Translations under genes and position numbers: made by a program | Assembly: GCA_964599925.1 (NCBI GenBank) | Contig: CAZRHN010000005.1 | Location: 2,563-28,709, forward strand | DNA length: 26,147 bases | Direction of reading: 5' to 3' | Source of the DNA: an uncultured bacterium | GTDB taxonomy: Bacteria; Elusimicrobiota; UBA5214 | Shown: positions 14,516 to 23,934 of the stretch, piece after piece | Numbering within the stretch: position 1 is the stretch's first letter | Layout of the letters: each line of letters begins with the position of its first letter | Notes under the pieces: model-generated | Told to the model about the DNA's origin: nothing | Database searches by the model: none | Seen by the model: the letters and a program-made list of their open reading frames with translations, nothing else

Positions 14516-15235
14516 ATGGATTACACAGTAAGATTAGAAATTTTTGAAGGTCCTCTTGATTTATTACTTTATTTAATTAAAAAGAACGACCTTGACATTT
14601 ATGATATTCCAATTTCCCAGATCACTGCTGAATATTTAGAATATGTAGAGTTGATGAAGATGCTTAATTTAGAAGCGGTGGGTGAATTTTTGGTGATGGC
14701 AGCGACATTAATGCAGATTAAAGCACGGATGCTTCTTCCCACACCAGTATCGGAAGAAGAAAAAGAAGAAAAGGATCCACGGGCTGAACTTGTAGCAAAA
14801 CTTTTGGAATACCAAAAATTTAAAGAAGCCGGGAAATATCTTGAAACACAAGAATTACAGCGAGAAAACATTTTTTATCATCAAGAACCCCAATTTGATG
14901 AAGAAGAATTCGTTTTAAATGTAAGTCTTTTTGACCTGCTGGAATCTTTCCGCCAAGTTATCCGTGAAGCAAAAGAAGAAGTTAAAGAGATTATTTATGA
15001 AGAAATTCCATTAGAAGAAAAGATACGTTATATCTTAAGTTGCCTGGAAGGGAAGCTTTATATTACTTTCCGTCAACTTTTTAATTTTGCAGAAGGTCGT
15101 CTTTCAATGATTGTGACATTTTTAGCGCTTCTGGAATTAATTCGTTTAAAACAAATTGTTGCTCGGCAATCTCGTTCTTTCGGTGAAATTAGAATTTATA
15201 AATTAAAAACTACCCAGACAGATATCTCGGAATGA
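14516..15235 (+). CDS. scpA: Segregation and condensation protein A (kleisin)
   Basis: LEIFEGPLDLLLYLIKKN, EFLVMAATLMQIKARMLLP, VTFLALLELIR. Confidence 0.95.
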   Translation: MDYTVRLEIFEGPLDLLLYLIKKNDLDIYDIPISQITAEYLEYVELMKMLNLEAVGEFLVMAATLMQIKARMLLPTPVSEEEKEEKDPRAELVAKLLEYQKFKEAGKYLETQELQRENIFYHQEPQFDEEEFVLNVSLFDLLESFRQVIREAKEEVKEIIYEEIPLEEKIRYILSCLEGKLYITFRQLFNFAEGRLSMIVTFLALLELIRLKQIVARQSRSFGEIRIYKLKTTQTDISE

Positions 15236-15238
15236 AAT

Positions 15239-15784
15239 ATGGAAAAAGAAGAGATAGAAAATATTATTGAGAATTTACTTTTCGTCTCTAGCGAACCGTT
15301 GAAAATCGAAAAGATTAGCGAACTTCTTGACCTGGAAAAGGAAAAAATAAAAGAAATTATTGAAGAACTTCGTAGTGAATATTCTTCCCGTGCCTTGCAG
15401 ATAGAGGAAATTGCCGAGGGGTACCTGATGAGTACACGTCCGCAATATGCTCCTTGGGTGAAAAAGTTGTATAAAGAAAAAATTACTTTGAAATTGAGCA
15501 GCGCGGCTCTGGAAACTTTATCAATTATTGCCTATAAACAACCGATTAGCCGTGCGGAAATTGAAGAGATCCGCGGTGTGGAAGTAATCGCAGTTTTGGA
15601 AACACTTTTAGAGAAAAATCTTATTCATGTCTGCGGAAGAAAAGAGAGTATCGGACGCCCTTTACTTTACGGCACAACTGATAAATTTCTTAAATATTTT
15701 GGCTTAAGGAGTTTATCGGAAATTCCACCCTTAGAAGAGTTTGCCGAGAAAGTTCCCGAAGAAGAAACAGAGGTGGAGAGATAG
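15239..15784 (+). CDS. scpB: Segregation and condensation protein B
   Basis: LSSAALETLSIIAYKQPISRAEIEEIRGV, GRPLLYGTTDKFLKYFGL. Confidence 0.95.
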   Translation: MEKEEIENIIENLLFVSSEPLKIEKISELLDLEKEKIKEIIEELRSEYSSRALQIEEIAEGYLMSTRPQYAPWVKKLYKEKITLKLSSAALETLSIIAYKQPISRAEIEEIRGVEVIAVLETLLEKNLIHVCGRKESIGRPLLYGTTDKFLKYFGLRSLSEIPPLEEFAEKVPEEETEVER

Positions 15785-15789
15785 AAAAA

Positions 15790-17811
15790 ATGAAAACTTA
15801 CGAAAAAGAAAATTTGCGTAATGTCTGTTTTCTTGGTAGTGGCGGAAGTGGTAAAACTTCGCTATTGGAAACGCTATTTTATAATGCTGGAGTAATTACC
15901 CGTTTAGGAAAAGTGGGAGAAGGAAATACTATTTCCGACTTTACCCCTGAAGAAATCGATCGGAAAAGTTCACTTTATCTTACCTTGGCTTCCCTTGAGT
16001 ATAAAGATAAAAAAATAAATTTCCTAGATACACCGGGTTATGCTGATTTTATCGGTGAAGTTTACGCAGCGATGAATGTCTGTGAAACAGCAATTTTCGT
16101 GCTTGATAGTAGTGTCGGTTTGGATCTAACTTTAGAAAGTCTCTGGGAGGAAGCTACAACCAAGGGGTTAGTTCCCGTGATTTATATTAATAAATTGGAT
16201 AAAGAAGAGATTAATTTCTGGCATTTCATTGAAGAAATAAAAAAGAAGTTAACTCCCCAAGCACAACCATTTTATCTCCCTTACGGTGAGGCAGTAAATT
16301 TTTCCGGGGTTGTTGACCTTTTAAATAAAAAATTGCTTAAGTTCTCAGAAACAAAAACCGAGACTTTAGAAATACCTTCAGAACTTGAAGATTTAGTTGA
16401 AAAAAAGCACGCCGAACTTATTGAAACTATCGCCAGTGAAGATGAAGTCTTGATTGAAAAATATTTAAATGGCGAAGAAATTAAGTTAAATGAACTGAAG
16501 GTAACCTTGGAAAAAGCAATCAGGGAAAGAAAAATTGTGCCTCTCTTTTGTGGTTCAACAATAAAGAACATCGGTCCTCATGTCCTCCTTGATTTTATAA
16601 TTGACTATTTTCCGAAACCAAGGATTGAGGAAAAAAATTCTTTAAGTGTACTAATTTTTAAAACTTTTCTTGAACCGCACACAGGCAAAATTTCATATCT
16701 GAAAGTCCATTCGGGAACTTTGGCTCAAGGAACTGATGTATACAATTCTAATCGTCGGATTCGTGAACGCGCTGGGCAACTGTGTGTAGTGCAGGGTAAA
16801 AAACGTATTGATGTGCCTAATTTATCGGCAGGTGACCTTGGTTGCGTGGCTAAATTGAAAGAAAGTTTAACTAACGATACCCTATGTAATGAGAAAGAAG
16901 TAATAACCCTTAAACCGATTGTTTTTCCTCAAGCCAGTATGGATCTGGCAATTTATCCGAAAACTTCAGGAGAGGAAGAAAAAATTGCCAATGCTCTATC
17001 GGTAGTTGTTCAGGAAGACCCGACAATTAAGTGGCATTATAATACCGAGACCAAAGAGACGGTTGTTTACGGTATCGGGGAAACCCAGTTGGAAGTGATG
17101 ATTAATCGGATTAAGGAAAGGTATAATGTGGGGGTTGAATTACGCCGTCCACGGGTACCATATAAGGAGACAATTAAAATTAAATCTGAAGTGCAAGGGA
17201 AATATAAACGTCAATCTGGAGGAAGAGGACAATACGGTGATTGCTGGTTACGTCTTGAACCATTAGAACGGGGTAAAGGATACGAATTTATTGATGCAAT
17301 CCGTGAAGGAAGAATACCAAAAAATTATATTCCTTCCATTGAAAAAGGTGTAAAACAGGCGATGGAAGAAGGAATAATTGCCGGTTATCCAGTAGTAGAT
17401 ATAAAAATAACTCTTTATGATGGTTCCTATCATGAAGTTGACTCTTCGGATATTGCTTTTAAAATTGCTGGAGCGATGGCTTTAAAGAAAGGCGTTGAAC
17501 AGGGGAAACCAATAATTTTGGAGCCGATAGTGAATGTAGAAATAACTATCCCTGAAGAATATTTAGGTGCAGTGGTTGGCGACTTGAATGCCCGTCGGGG
17601 GAGGGTTCTGGGCACAGAAGCACAAGGAAGAAAACAAATTGTTAAGGCACAGGTACCGTTTACGGAAATGTATAAATATGCTGCTCAATTACGTTCCTTA
17701 AGTAAAGGGAGCGGAAAATTTCAGATGAATTTGTCTCATTATGAGGAAGCACCGCAACCGGTTACTCAAAAACTAATTGAAGAATATCAAAAAATAAAAC
17801 ATGGCGAATAA
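15790..17811 (+). CDS. Elongation factor G-like protein (EF-G2 / FusA2 class)
   Basis: Full EF-G architecture (GKYKRQSGGRGQYG, DGSYHEVDSS, GDLNARRGRV) with divergent GTPase motifs GSGGSGKTS and DTPGYADF. Confidence 0.9.
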   Translation: MKTYEKENLRNVCFLGSGGSGKTSLLETLFYNAGVITRLGKVGEGNTISDFTPEEIDRKSSLYLTLASLEYKDKKINFLDTPGYADFIGEVYAAMNVCETAIFVLDSSVGLDLTLESLWEEATTKGLVPVIYINKLDKEEINFWHFIEEIKKKLTPQAQPFYLPYGEAVNFSGVVDLLNKKLLKFSETKTETLEIPSELEDLVEKKHAELIETIASEDEVLIEKYLNGEEIKLNELKVTLEKAIRERKIVPLFCGSTIKNIGPHVLLDFIIDYFPKPRIEEKNSLSVLIFKTFLEPHTGKISYLKVHSGTLAQGTDVYNSNRRIRERAGQLCVVQGKKRIDVPNLSAGDLGCVAKLKESLTNDTLCNEKEVITLKPIVFPQASMDLAIYPKTSGEEEKIANALSVVVQEDPTIKWHYNTETKETVVYGIGETQLEVMINRIKERYNVGVELRRPRVPYKETIKIKSEVQGKYKRQSGGRGQYGDCWLRLEPLERGKGYEFIDAIREGRIPKNYIPSIEKGVKQAMEEGIIAGYPVVDIKITLYDGSYHEVDSSDIAFKIAGAMALKKGVEQGKPIILEPIVNVEITIPEEYLGAVVGDLNARRGRVLGTEAQGRKQIVKAQVPFTEMYKYAAQLRSLSKGSGKFQMNLSHYEEAPQPVTQKLIEEYQKIKHGE

Positions 17812-18712
17812 ACTTGCACTCTCTGCTGCTTTCCTTATTCCAGATTGTCATTCTGGCGAAGATTTAATTAATCAAAGTATCAATTTAGGTTTCTCAGCTT
17901 TAGAATTAAATATTGAAGTTACCGAGAAGATGATTATGGAGATAAAGCGTGCTGCCCAAGAAAAGAAAATTGAAGTTGTGAGTCTGCATAATTTCTGCCC
18001 AAAACTTGATTTCATTCCAGCAGGAAGAGATTTGCTTGACGCTTATCAATTTTCTTCCCCTGACCCAGAAGAAAGAAAAAAGGCAATTGAATTAACTAAA
18101 AGGACAATTGACTATGCTGCTGATTTAGAAGCAAAAGTGGTAGTTATTCATGCTGGAGAAGTAGAAATTGAATCCGATGAAGGGAAACTTTTCTGGCAAT
18201 TTGCAAGAGGGAAAAACAGTAGTGATTATCTGGAAAGAGTAAAAAAAGAACGAAAAGAAAAGGAAAAGATATATCTGGAAAATAGTTTAAAATCCATAGA
18301 AGAATTGGTTAATTATGTGCAAAAAAAGAAAGTTAAAATTGGTTTGGAGAATCGTTTTTTTTATCATGAGATACCTAATTTTGAAGAGATCGGTTTTTTC
18401 CTTAAGCATTTCTCTGATGGGTTAGGTTATTGGCACGATACCGGGCACGCAGAAGTCTCTGCAAAGTTGGGTTTTGTGCCTAACCGCGAGGAGTATCTCA
18501 AAATCTATGGTTCACGAATGATTGGTATCCATCTGCACGATGTAGTTGGTTTATTTGACCATCATGCTCCTGGAACCGGTGAGATTGATTTTACTTTTTT
18601 AACAAAATATACGAATTCGTCAGTAATTAAAGCGGTTGAAGCCCATTGTTGTTCAACTGTTCCTGAAGTAAAAGCAAGCATTAGTTATTTAAAAAAGGTA
18701 GGTATTGTCTAA
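17801..18712 (+). CDS. Sugar phosphate isomerase/epimerase (xylose-isomerase-like TIM barrel, AP endonuclease 2 family)
   Basis: SLHNFCP, VVIHAG, GLENR, WHDTGHA, IHLHD, DHHAPGTGEIDF. Confidence 0.8.
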   Translation: MANKLALSAAFLIPDCHSGEDLINQSINLGFSALELNIEVTEKMIMEIKRAAQEKKIEVVSLHNFCPKLDFIPAGRDLLDAYQFSSPDPEERKKAIELTKRTIDYAADLEAKVVVIHAGEVEIESDEGKLFWQFARGKNSSDYLERVKKERKEKEKIYLENSLKSIEELVNYVQKKKVKIGLENRFFYHEIPNFEEIGFFLKHFSDGLGYWHDTGHAEVSAKLGFVPNREEYLKIYGSRMIGIHLHDVVGLFDHHAPGTGEIDFTFLTKYTNSSVIKAVEAHCCSTVPEVKASISYLKKVGIV

Positions 18713-18718
18713 AAGTTG

Positions 18719-18737
18719 CCCCGATGTCATGTCGGGG
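18719..18737. repeat. CCCCGATG-family short palindrome
   Basis: CCCCGA-TGTCATG-TCGGGG; resembles CCTCGATG-TAA-CATCGGGG at 25913-25931. Confidence 0.65.
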
Positions 18738-18749
18738 TGGGAGGGGGAA

Positions 18750-19742
18750 ATGCCGGAATTAAGAAGAGACCCGATTATTGGTCGTTGGGTAATTGTCTCT
18801 ACAGAAAGGGGGAGAAGACCGACAAATTATAAGGAACAATTTAAGGAAGATCCAAGTAAACCCTGTCCTTTTTGCCCGGGGAATGAATCCTTTACTCCAC
18901 CGGAAATTATCGCCTATCGCTCCCCAGGTTCACTTAAGGACGGATCGGGTTGGTGGGTAAGGGTTGTACCGAATAAATTTCCCGCTTTACAGATTGAAGG
19001 CGCGGTGAATCGCAGTGGTGAGGGTATGTATGACCGAATGAACGGCGTCGGTGCTCATGAAGTAATAATTGAGACACCAGAACATAAAAAAGAAATACCG
19101 GACCTGGAAGATAATAGAGCGGAAGATATTTTTTGGGCCTACCGGGACCGCATTCTTGACTTACGCAAAGATGCACGATTTGAATATATCCTCATTTTCA
19201 AAAATTATGGTTATTCTGCGGGTGCTTCTTTATCTCATCCCCATTCACAACTTATTGCTACACCGATTGTCCCAAAACGTGTCCAGGAAGAAGTAAAAGG
19301 AGCAAGGGAGTATTTTGAGTATAAGGAAAGATGTGTATTCTGTGATATTATTCAACAGGAAATGGTTATCCAATCACGGATCGTTGCTGAGAATGACGAT
19401 TTTATCGTTTTTGAACCTTTTGCCAGCCGTTTCCCTTTTGAAACTTGGGTGATACCCAAAATCCACGATCCCTGTTTTGAAGATGCTTCTAAACACGAGT
19501 TAGTTAACCTGACAAGAATTATGAAAGTGACTTTAGAAAAAATTCGTCTCGTTTTGGAAAACCCACCTTATAACTGGTTAATTCATAATTCACCTTTGAA
19601 AGTGTCCCATTCACCGCATTATCACTGGCATATTGAAATTATACCAAAATTGGTAAGAGTGGCAGGATTCGAATGGGGGACAGGATTTTATATTAATCCT
19701 ACGCCACCCGAGGAAGCAGCAAAATTTTTACGGGAAGCCTAA
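18750..19742 (+). CDS. GalT-like nucleotidylyltransferase (HIT/GalT family)
   Basis: ELRRDP, CPFCPGNE, VRVVPNKFPAL, HEVIIE, GASLSHPHSQ, CVFC, HWHIEI; GAGGGGG SD before ATG 18750. Confidence 0.9.
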   Translation: MPELRRDPIIGRWVIVSTERGRRPTNYKEQFKEDPSKPCPFCPGNESFTPPEIIAYRSPGSLKDGSGWWVRVVPNKFPALQIEGAVNRSGEGMYDRMNGVGAHEVIIETPEHKKEIPDLEDNRAEDIFWAYRDRILDLRKDARFEYILIFKNYGYSAGASLSHPHSQLIATPIVPKRVQEEVKGAREYFEYKERCVFCDIIQQEMVIQSRIVAENDDFIVFEPFASRFPFETWVIPKIHDPCFEDASKHELVNLTRIMKVTLEKIRLVLENPPYNWLIHNSPLKVSHSPHYHWHIEIIPKLVRVAGFEWGTGFYINPTPPEEAAKFLREA

Positions 19743-19752
19743 AGGAGAAAAA

Positions 19753-21225
19753 ATGAAAATTCTTATTGCTACTCCAGAATGTGTTCCTTATGCAAAAACT
19801 GGCGGATTGGCTGATGTTACTGGTGCGTTACCAAAATTTTTTAAGAAGAAAAAACATGATGCCCGAGTGATTACGCCCCTGTATAAGAAAGTTGATCGGC
19901 AAAAGTTTGAACTTAAACTGCTGGTTAAAGGTTTACTTATTCCCCTTGGAGAAAGGATGGAAATTGCCAATCTCTGGGAAACAAAATTGGAACGGAATAT
20001 TCCGGTATACTTCATTGAGAATGATAAATATTTTGGACGTGGCGAACTTTATCGGACTCCCACCGGTGATTATCCGGATAATGCGGAAAGGTTCATCTTT
20101 TTTTCTCGGGCTTGCTTGGAAGGGTTGAAGGCAGTTACCTTCCAACCGGAGATAATTCACTGCCACGATTGGCAGGTAGGTCTTATTCCGGCATATCTTA
20201 AAACTTTATATCGTATTGATGGATTTTTTCATTCCACGGCTACCATTTTCACTATTCATAATATTGCTTACCAGGGTATTTTCCCCAAAGAAATCCTTTC
20301 CTTAGCCGGATTTAGCCTGTGGGATTTTACTCCAGAAAAATTAGAATATTATGGTCAGATTAATTTTCTCAAAGCAGGTATTGTCTACAGTGAGATTGTT
20401 ACCACAGTTAGTCCGACCTATGCTCAGGAAATACAATCATCTAACGAGTATGGTCGGGGGATGGAAGGAGTTCTTCACAGTCGAAATAAAGATTTATTTG
20501 GTGTCCTGAATGGAATTGATTATAAAGAATGGGATCCAGCAAAAGATAAATATATTGCGGCGAAATATTCAATTAAGAATTTGGAAAAGAAAAAAGTTTG
20601 TAAAATTGAGTTAGGTAAAATCGCCGGATTAAAGGTAAGAGAAAACCTTCCCTTAATTGGAATGATTTCCCGGCTTGATTCCTTAAAAGGATTTGATTTG
20701 TTAACCGAGAGTATACCTGATTTACTCAAAGAGAATCTACAACTGGTCATCCTTGGCACCGGAGACCAAATTTACCAAGATGCTTTAAAAATCGCGGCAA
20801 AAAAATACCCTGATAAGATTAGTCTGAATATAAAATTTGATAATGTTTTAGCCCATCAGATATATGCCGGTTGCGATTTTTTCCTTATGCCTTCACGGTT
20901 TGAACCCTGCGGTTTAACCCAGTTGATCGCAATGCGCTATGGGACAATACCGATTGTGCATCGCACTGGCGGATTAGCGGATACGGTAAAGCTTTTTTCT
21001 CCAAAAGAGGGTAAGGATAAAGGTAACGGTTTTGTTTTTAGCGAATACAAACCACAAGCATTAGTAAAAGCAGTAAAAGATGCGTTAGCAGTTTATGCGG
21101 ATAAAAAAATTTGGGCAGAACTGGTTAATAACGCAAGGAATAGTGATTTTTCCTGGGATAAAGCGGTGGAACAATATCTTAAACTCTACCAATATGCAAA
21201 AGAAAAAGTTGGAGAAAAGATTTGA
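19753..21225 (+). CDS. glgA: Glycogen synthase (GT5)
   Basis: KTGGLADV, HCHDWQ, TIHNIAYQG, PSRFEPCGLTQL, TGGLADTV. Confidence 0.95.
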   Translation: MKILIATPECVPYAKTGGLADVTGALPKFFKKKKHDARVITPLYKKVDRQKFELKLLVKGLLIPLGERMEIANLWETKLERNIPVYFIENDKYFGRGELYRTPTGDYPDNAERFIFFSRACLEGLKAVTFQPEIIHCHDWQVGLIPAYLKTLYRIDGFFHSTATIFTIHNIAYQGIFPKEILSLAGFSLWDFTPEKLEYYGQINFLKAGIVYSEIVTTVSPTYAQEIQSSNEYGRGMEGVLHSRNKDLFGVLNGIDYKEWDPAKDKYIAAKYSIKNLEKKKVCKIELGKIAGLKVRENLPLIGMISRLDSLKGFDLLTESIPDLLKENLQLVILGTGDQIYQDALKIAAKKYPDKISLNIKFDNVLAHQIYAGCDFFLMPSRFEPCGLTQLIAMRYGTIPIVHRTGGLADTVKLFSPKEGKDKGNGFVFSEYKPQALVKAVKDALAVYADKKIWAELVNNARNSDFSWDKAVEQYLKLYQYAKEKVGEKI

Positions 21226-22937
21226 ATAGATTGATTGTTCTTCTTCTTTCCCTTTCCTTAATTCTTTGCTTACCAATTTTAATTCTCCGTTACCGTCTTG
21301 AAACTCACAATCGGAAAGTTGAAATTTGTTTAGATTGGGCTGCTTTTAAAGCGAGATGCCGGGAGGAAAACTATCCCTGGGAAGAATTCTTATTAAAAAT
21401 TCGTGAATATGGTATTTCCTCGCTGGGTTTAAGCGAAGATAATTTTTCTGAAATTAAAGAAAAAATTTATATTTTTTCTGCTGAAGAAAGAGAAAAACTT
21501 GTCTTACTTGGTTTAATCTCACCTGCTGCTTTGCCCTTGGGTGAAACCTGGGTATTCGCAGATAAAAAATTTTCTGAGCGGATAAAATCTATTCTGGAAA
21601 CAAGGAGTAAATCCTTTTTACCTCTCCTTAAACGGGGTGATTATTTCTTCCTTTTTTTACCTTCGGGAACAAATTACCAGGAGTGCCGTTTTGGTTATAG
21701 TTTAGAAAAAATTAACCAGGCAAAAAACTATGGTTTAAAAGTTATCCTGCAAATGGAAAACTTTGCGCCGAGTGAATTGGGAATCTTGAATGAAGATATC
21801 TTTTTATCTGCCAAAGAAAATATTTCCGGAGTAATACTTAATGATTTTTCAAGGGCAGATGTTTTTAGAGAAAAGGAAATAAAAATTGCTCTGCCTGAAT
21901 TTCAGAAAATAAACAATCGTAAATATTTAGTTTCCTCAGCAGTGAGATTGCATTATTTAGGTCAGGAGGAATACTCCTTCTATCCAACAAAGGCTGGTTC
22001 ATTAAATACAATTTTAAAACGTTTAGTTCGGGCAGTTAAGGAAAGAAATGTGCGTATCCTTTATTTATATCCTTTACCGAAAGAATACCTGGCTGAAAAA
22101 GAAAATTATTTCCAAGGACAATACACTTTTTTTTGGAAATTAAAAGAGATTTTGGAAAAAGAAAATTTTCAATTTGCATCTGCTGAACCTTTCAATTTGG
22201 GAAAAAAAGAATTTTTTTCGCAAAAGACAAGGTTCATTCGTCAATTTTTATCTTTTGCTTTTGCCTGCTTCTTGCCTTTTCTTGGTTTAAAATTTTCTTC
22301 TCCGCAAAGGAAAGCAATGGCTAACTTTTTAATCTGTACTTTTTTTTCTTTCTCCGCGGGAATTTTAATTGTAACTTTGCTTAGCGGGGAGGAATTTTTT
22401 TTGAAATTAGACGAATTTCGTGGCACAAAATTATCCTTGGTTTTACCGCTACTTTTTGCTTTCTTTTATCTTTATCGCAGTGAATGGAATAAAATTTTAT
22501 CCCAAGAAGTAAAAGTCAAGCATTTATGCCTTTTTTTGTTTATCTTTCTGTTTTTTGTTCTTTTTTTATTACGGAGCGGTGAGCATTTTTCTTTTCTTCT
22601 CCCCGGTGAAGATAAACTACGCCTTATTTTAGAAAATATTTTTTTGGTTCGTCCACGAACAAAAGAATTCCTTTTTGGACACCCCTTGTTGATTTTGGGA
22701 TTTTTTTTGCTTAACCGTCCCTTAATCCTCCTTGGGCTAATCGGTCAGGTATCAATTGTGAATACTTTTGCTCACCTCCATACGCCCTTATCCATTTTAT
22801 TTTTACGTACCTTTTACGGACTTTTTTTAGGTACTCTCTGCGGACTCGGATTGCTTAAATCTTACACATTTATTAAAGAAAAAAACTATGGTAAATATTT
22901 TAATCTCTGGATATTATGGTTTTGGAAATGCTGGTGA
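21222..22937 (+). CDS. DUF5693-like multi-pass membrane protein
   Basis: RAVKERNVR, FRGTKL, VRPRTKEFLFGHP, SIVNTFAHLHTP motifs recalled for this family; adjacent to csaB. Confidence 0.7.
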   Translation: MNRLIVLLLSLSLILCLPILILRYRLETHNRKVEICLDWAAFKARCREENYPWEEFLLKIREYGISSLGLSEDNFSEIKEKIYIFSAEEREKLVLLGLISPAALPLGETWVFADKKFSERIKSILETRSKSFLPLLKRGDYFFLFLPSGTNYQECRFGYSLEKINQAKNYGLKVILQMENFAPSELGILNEDIFLSAKENISGVILNDFSRADVFREKEIKIALPEFQKINNRKYLVSSAVRLHYLGQEEYSFYPTKAGSLNTILKRLVRAVKERNVRILYLYPLPKEYLAEKENYFQGQYTFFWKLKEILEKENFQFASAEPFNLGKKEFFSQKTRFIRQFLSFAFACFLPFLGLKFSSPQRKAMANFLICTFFSFSAGILIVTLLSGEEFFLKLDEFRGTKLSLVLPLLFAFFYLYRSEWNKILSQEVKVKHLCLFLFIFLFFVLFLLRSGEHFSFLLPGEDKLRLILENIFLVRPRTKEFLFGHPLLILGFFLLNRPLILLGLIGQVSIVNTFAHLHTPLSILFLRTFYGLFLGTLCGLGLLKSYTFIKEKNYGKYFNLWILWFWKCW

Positions 22938-23934
22938 TGAACTGATACTTTTATCAATGCTCAATTCTCTGCGGGGATTACGGAGCAATTTGAGGATAAC
23001 CGTTCTTTCCGGCGATCCTAAATCTACAAACGAAAAGTATAAGGTAAAAGCAATTAATCGATTAAATATTTTTAGTTTCCTTAGCGAACTTTATAAGACC
23101 GATTTAGTTATTTCAGGTGGCGGCGGGCTCCTTCAGGATGTTACAAGTTTTTGGAGTTCATTATATTATTTAGGGATAATTTTTCTCGCACAGACATTCG
23201 GTAAGAAAACTTTTCTTTATGCTCAAGGAATTGGTCCGTTAAGAAGTAAACTAATCCATTGGTTAACGGGAACTATCTTAAATCATATGACTAAACTTAC
23301 TGTCCGTGACGAGGAGTCAAAAAATTTTATTTGCCGCTTAGGTATAAATCATTCCCGTGTTCAAACTACCGCTGACCCGGTATTCAGTTTGGAATTACCA
23401 GCATTATCAAAGGAATTCATAGAAAAAAAACGTTTCGGTTTTGTTTTTAGAAAAATTTCACCAGGAGAACAAAAAATTTGGGCAGAAACCATAGACCAAA
23501 TTCATCAAAACTTAGGTGCAGAAATATTTTTAATTCCTTTTCAAGAAGGGGAAGATTATCCTATAGCAAAGAGGATTGCTCAATTAATGAAAAATGAAGT
23601 GAAATTATTTCAATGGAGAAATTTGAACCAATTAGTAAATCTTTTTTCTTCGTTGAATTTAGTTATCACCATGCGTTTACATGCACTCATTCTTGGACTA
23701 ATAAACCAAAAAATTGTCATCGGCGTAAGCGATGAGCCAAAAATTGTTAATCTACTGAGTGCTTTTGATTTACCAGTAATTTCACAAATAAGGTCTTCTC
23801 CAGAAAATTTATCCGAGTCTATCGCTCATATTTGGCAGGAACGAGAAAAATATCAAAAGACTATCCGTGAAAGAATTCCTTTTTACAGGAAAGAAGCAAA
23901 AAGGACAGCACAATTAGCTCTCGAACTTTTATGA
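22888..23934 (+). CDS. csaB: Polysaccharide pyruvyl transferase CsaB
   Basis: ISGYYGFGNAGDE, SGGGGLLQDVTS, AQGIGPL, TVRDEES, TADP, MRLHALI. Confidence 0.9.
   Translation: MVNILISGYYGFGNAGDELILLSMLNSLRGLRSNLRITVLSGDPKSTNEKYKVKAINRLNIFSFLSELYKTDLVISGGGGLLQDVTSFWSSLYYLGIIFLAQTFGKKTFLYAQGIGPLRSKLIHWLTGTILNHMTKLTVRDEESKNFICRLGINHSRVQTTADPVFSLELPALSKEFIEKKRFGFVFRKISPGEQKIWAETIDQIHQNLGAEIFLIPFQEGEDYPIAKRIAQLMKNEVKLFQWRNLNQLVNLFSSLNLVITMRLHALILGLINQKIVIGVSDEPKIVNLLSAFDLPVISQIRSSPENLSESIAHIWQEREKYQKTIRERIPFYRKEAKRTAQLALELL

Noticed and set aside
21005-21030. Possible heptamer periodicity in glgA (GGTAAGGATAAAGGTAACGG)
   Set aside because: Too degenerate to distinguish from Lys/Gly codon composition.
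13-22426. Minus-strand and alternative-frame ORFs in the ORF track (e.g. 13-255, 468-728, 1443-1790, 3374-3703, 4770-5111, 12547-12870, 19892-20128)
   Set aside because: All overlap well-supported + strand genes or the repeat element and show no recognisable motifs; these are expected shadow ORFs.
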